DNA of 64,000 nucleotides from Candidatus Babeliales bacterium (GTDB lineage Bacteria; Babelota; Babeliae; Babelales; JBFXEV01): NCBI GenBank assembly GCA_963716425.1, contig OY970310.1, positions 1,110,769 to 1,174,768 of the forward strand, read 5' to 3'. Shown piece by piece: positions 62,466 to 64,000 of this stretch (position 1 is its first letter; each line of letters starts with the position of its first letter). The notes under the pieces were generated by a model. It saw only the letters and a program-made list of their open reading frames with translations, ran no database searches and was not told where the DNA came from. The position numbers and the translations under genes were made by a program.

Positions 62466-62609
62466 ATAGTTTAAAGCTAATTCTCTGTTTTCTCAATACG
62501 TAGAATTAGATTATGCTGTCGCTTCCCTGTTCCATTGCGATTTTTGCCCTCTTTTGCTATACTTAAATTAGTAGTAAAGAGCCCTCATTGTTACAAAAAG
62601 GAGTTATTC

Positions 62610-63488
62610 ATGGCAGGTTCCACTTTTTCAATACGTAAAGCAATATCTTTTGGCTGGACCACAACGTTAGAGCACATATGGTTATTTATTAAAGTAGCCT
62701 TCACCTTTATCGGGGTAGAGCTCGTACTTTTTCTTGGCTATATTCCAATATTCTTAGGTTTGTATCTTACTGAGGGAAGCAAGCTTGCGGTAGTTCCTAT
62801 TGGATTATCCATAGCCTATACTCTAGCACTATTTCTATGTATCATCAGCATGGGATACTTGGGATTGCCGCGGATACTCCTTGATCTCTACGAACATAAG
62901 ACAAGTAACGTTTCACGCATGCTTTCAGCATTTCGATTGATATTTCCTTATATTGGTGCTTCAATTATTTTTGCCATAATTATTCTAATACCAACTATTC
63001 TTGCTTCAGGACTTTTTATGCTGGTAGCACATTACCATTTTCAGCCGGGAGAAGCTGGTGCTCCGGGTATAGCAATATCACTCGCAATCATTGTATTTAT
63101 AGCATCTATCCTTGTGAGCATATATCTTGGTATCCGATTTGTATATTTTTCGTTCGCGCTTGTTGATAAAAATTTGGGCGTTATTTCTTGTTTACGGTAT
63201 AGTTGGAACATAACGCGAGGTTCAGTATTAAAATTAATATTGTTTAGTTTTGCTCTTGCTCTGATGCTTTGGGGTATATTTGTTCTCGTAGGTCTTAACA
63301 CATTTGGGCTTATCAATGCTCTTAATTCAGGGTGGTATAGTTTGGCATTTATTTCTGGATTGCTCTTAGTAATTTCTATTTTGCTTGTTATACTAGCCAT
63401 TCCTATGGTTATGCTCTCCTATACATATGTATATAAGAAATTGTCCGAGCGCGCGGATAAGGGTTATAAGGCTCCAACCGAGAAATAG
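62610..63488 (+). CDS. multi-pass integral membrane protein, function unknown
   Basis: ATG at 62610 (MAGSTFSIRKAISFGW). At least 6 hydrophobic helices. The upstream extension to 62535 uses an alternative start. Confidence 0.6.
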   Translation: MAGSTFSIRKAISFGWTTTLEHIWLFIKVAFTFIGVELVLFLGYIPIFLGLYLTEGSKLAVVPIGLSIAYTLALFLCIISMGYLGLPRILLDLYEHKTSNVSRMLSAFRLIFPYIGASIIFAIIILIPTILASGLFMLVAHYHFQPGEAGAPGIAISLAIIVFIASILVSIYLGIRFVYFSFALVDKNLGVISCLRYSWNITRGSVLKLILFSFALALMLWGIFVLVGLNTFGLINALNSGWYSLAFISGLLLVISILLVILAIPMVMLSYTYVYKKLSERADKGYKAPTEK

Positions 63489-63492
63489 AAAG

Positions 63493-64000
63493 TTAACGTT
63501 GTGGTTCCTCCATTTCAGCAGGAACCGGTATATTCATATTCTTAAGAATAAATGGTGCAATATCCGCAAGCCCCGTGAGTGGTAGTTGATAGGTTTGCCC
63601 GTTAAGCTTGTTCTCTATCATAATAAAGGGCACGGGAGCAGTATTGTGTGCCGTTCTTGGTTGATGTGCTTTTTCATCATACATCTGTTCTGCTTTGCCA
63701 TGATCGGCAGTTATATAGATCGTGCCATGTAGCTTGGTAATTACCACGTCATACAATTCTTTTAATTGTGTATCTAAACATTCAATTGCTTTTACTGTTG
63801 CATCAAAATTTCCTGAATGACCGACCATATCTGCATTTGCATAATTAATCAGGTAAAAATCTTTTGGGAGAGAGGTCAGTGACTTGATAACTGCAGCGGT
63901 AATTTCTGGAGCACTCATACACGGATGATCCACATAGTTTTTAGTGTGTAGTGATGGGATTATTATACGCGTTTCTCCCGGAAAAGGTTTTTCAATACCA
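63493..64000 (-). CDS. gpmI: 2,3-bisphosphoglycerate-independent phosphoglycerate mutase (C-terminal part; gene continues off the right edge)
   Basis: NYANADMVGHSGNFDATVKAIE and ITADHGKAE are iPGM motifs. Manual extension upstream of the track start stays open to base 64000 (..GIEKPFPGETRIIIPSLHTKNYVDHPCMSAPE). Confidence 0.9.
   Translation of the reverse strand, partial: GIEKPFPGETRIIIPSLHTKNYVDHPCMSAPEITAAVIKSLTSLPKDFYLINYANADMVGHSGNFDATVKAIECLDTQLKELYDVVITKLHGTIYITADHGKAEQMYDEKAHQPRTAHNTAPVPFIMIENKLNGQTYQLPLTGLADIAPFILKNMNIPVPAEMEEPQR

Noticed and set aside
1-64000. tRNA, rRNA, tmRNA or RNase P genes in intergenic spacers
   Set aside because: I scanned the spacers by eye for T-loop-like GGTTCGAATC motifs and cloverleaf symmetry and found none. 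A tRNAscan/Infernal run is needed to exclude them formally.

Overview
This window reads as chromosomal DNA from an AT-rich, host-dependent bacterium, probably intracellular in a protist or amoeba. My guess is a Dependentiae (TM6)/Babeliales-like lineage. That guess rests only on gene content and cannot be verified here: an ATP/ADP-translocase-type nucleotide transporter, many leader-bearing ankyrin and WD40 proteins, and F-box-like motifs.

- **1-20 kb:** housekeeping genes (mutL, prmC, ftsY, rnhB, rpsF-rpsR, typA, truA). They are interleaved with three secreted WD40 paralogs, a catalytically dead IS200-type TnpA homolog and the nucleotide transporter.
- **20-42 kb:** accessory genes. These are a modular family of small secreted proteins, tandem SulP transporters, at least 8 ankyrin-type proteins, a chloramphenicol-phosphotransferase-like kinase, a leader-bearing glucokinase homolog and a fourth WD40 paralog.
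- **42.6-51.8 kb (standout):** a tandemly amplified locus. Each unit encodes a signal peptide + Hint-domain + TM + long linker + unknown C-terminal domain protein, followed by two small overlapping ORFs. After two full units come start-less orphan C-terminal cassettes, decayed small ORFs, a 55-codon toxin-tip-like ORF and four tandem approx 90-100 aa paralogs. The layout is that of a polymorphic toxin/immunity locus, but I recognise none of the domains apart from Hint.
- **54.1-60.3 kb:** a tightly coupled four-gene operon with a shared N-terminal leader. It encodes ankyrin proteins with F-box-like motifs and a UCH/Josephin-like Cys-His-Asp protease, a candidate host-ubiquitin-targeting set.
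- **Window-wide:** a conserved leader ending in [AGSC]-M-[DE], and a dispersed REP-like short repeat, one copy of which appears inserted in frame in a gene.

I recognised no rRNA, tRNA or CRISPR array by eye. All homology calls come from motif reading, not from searches.
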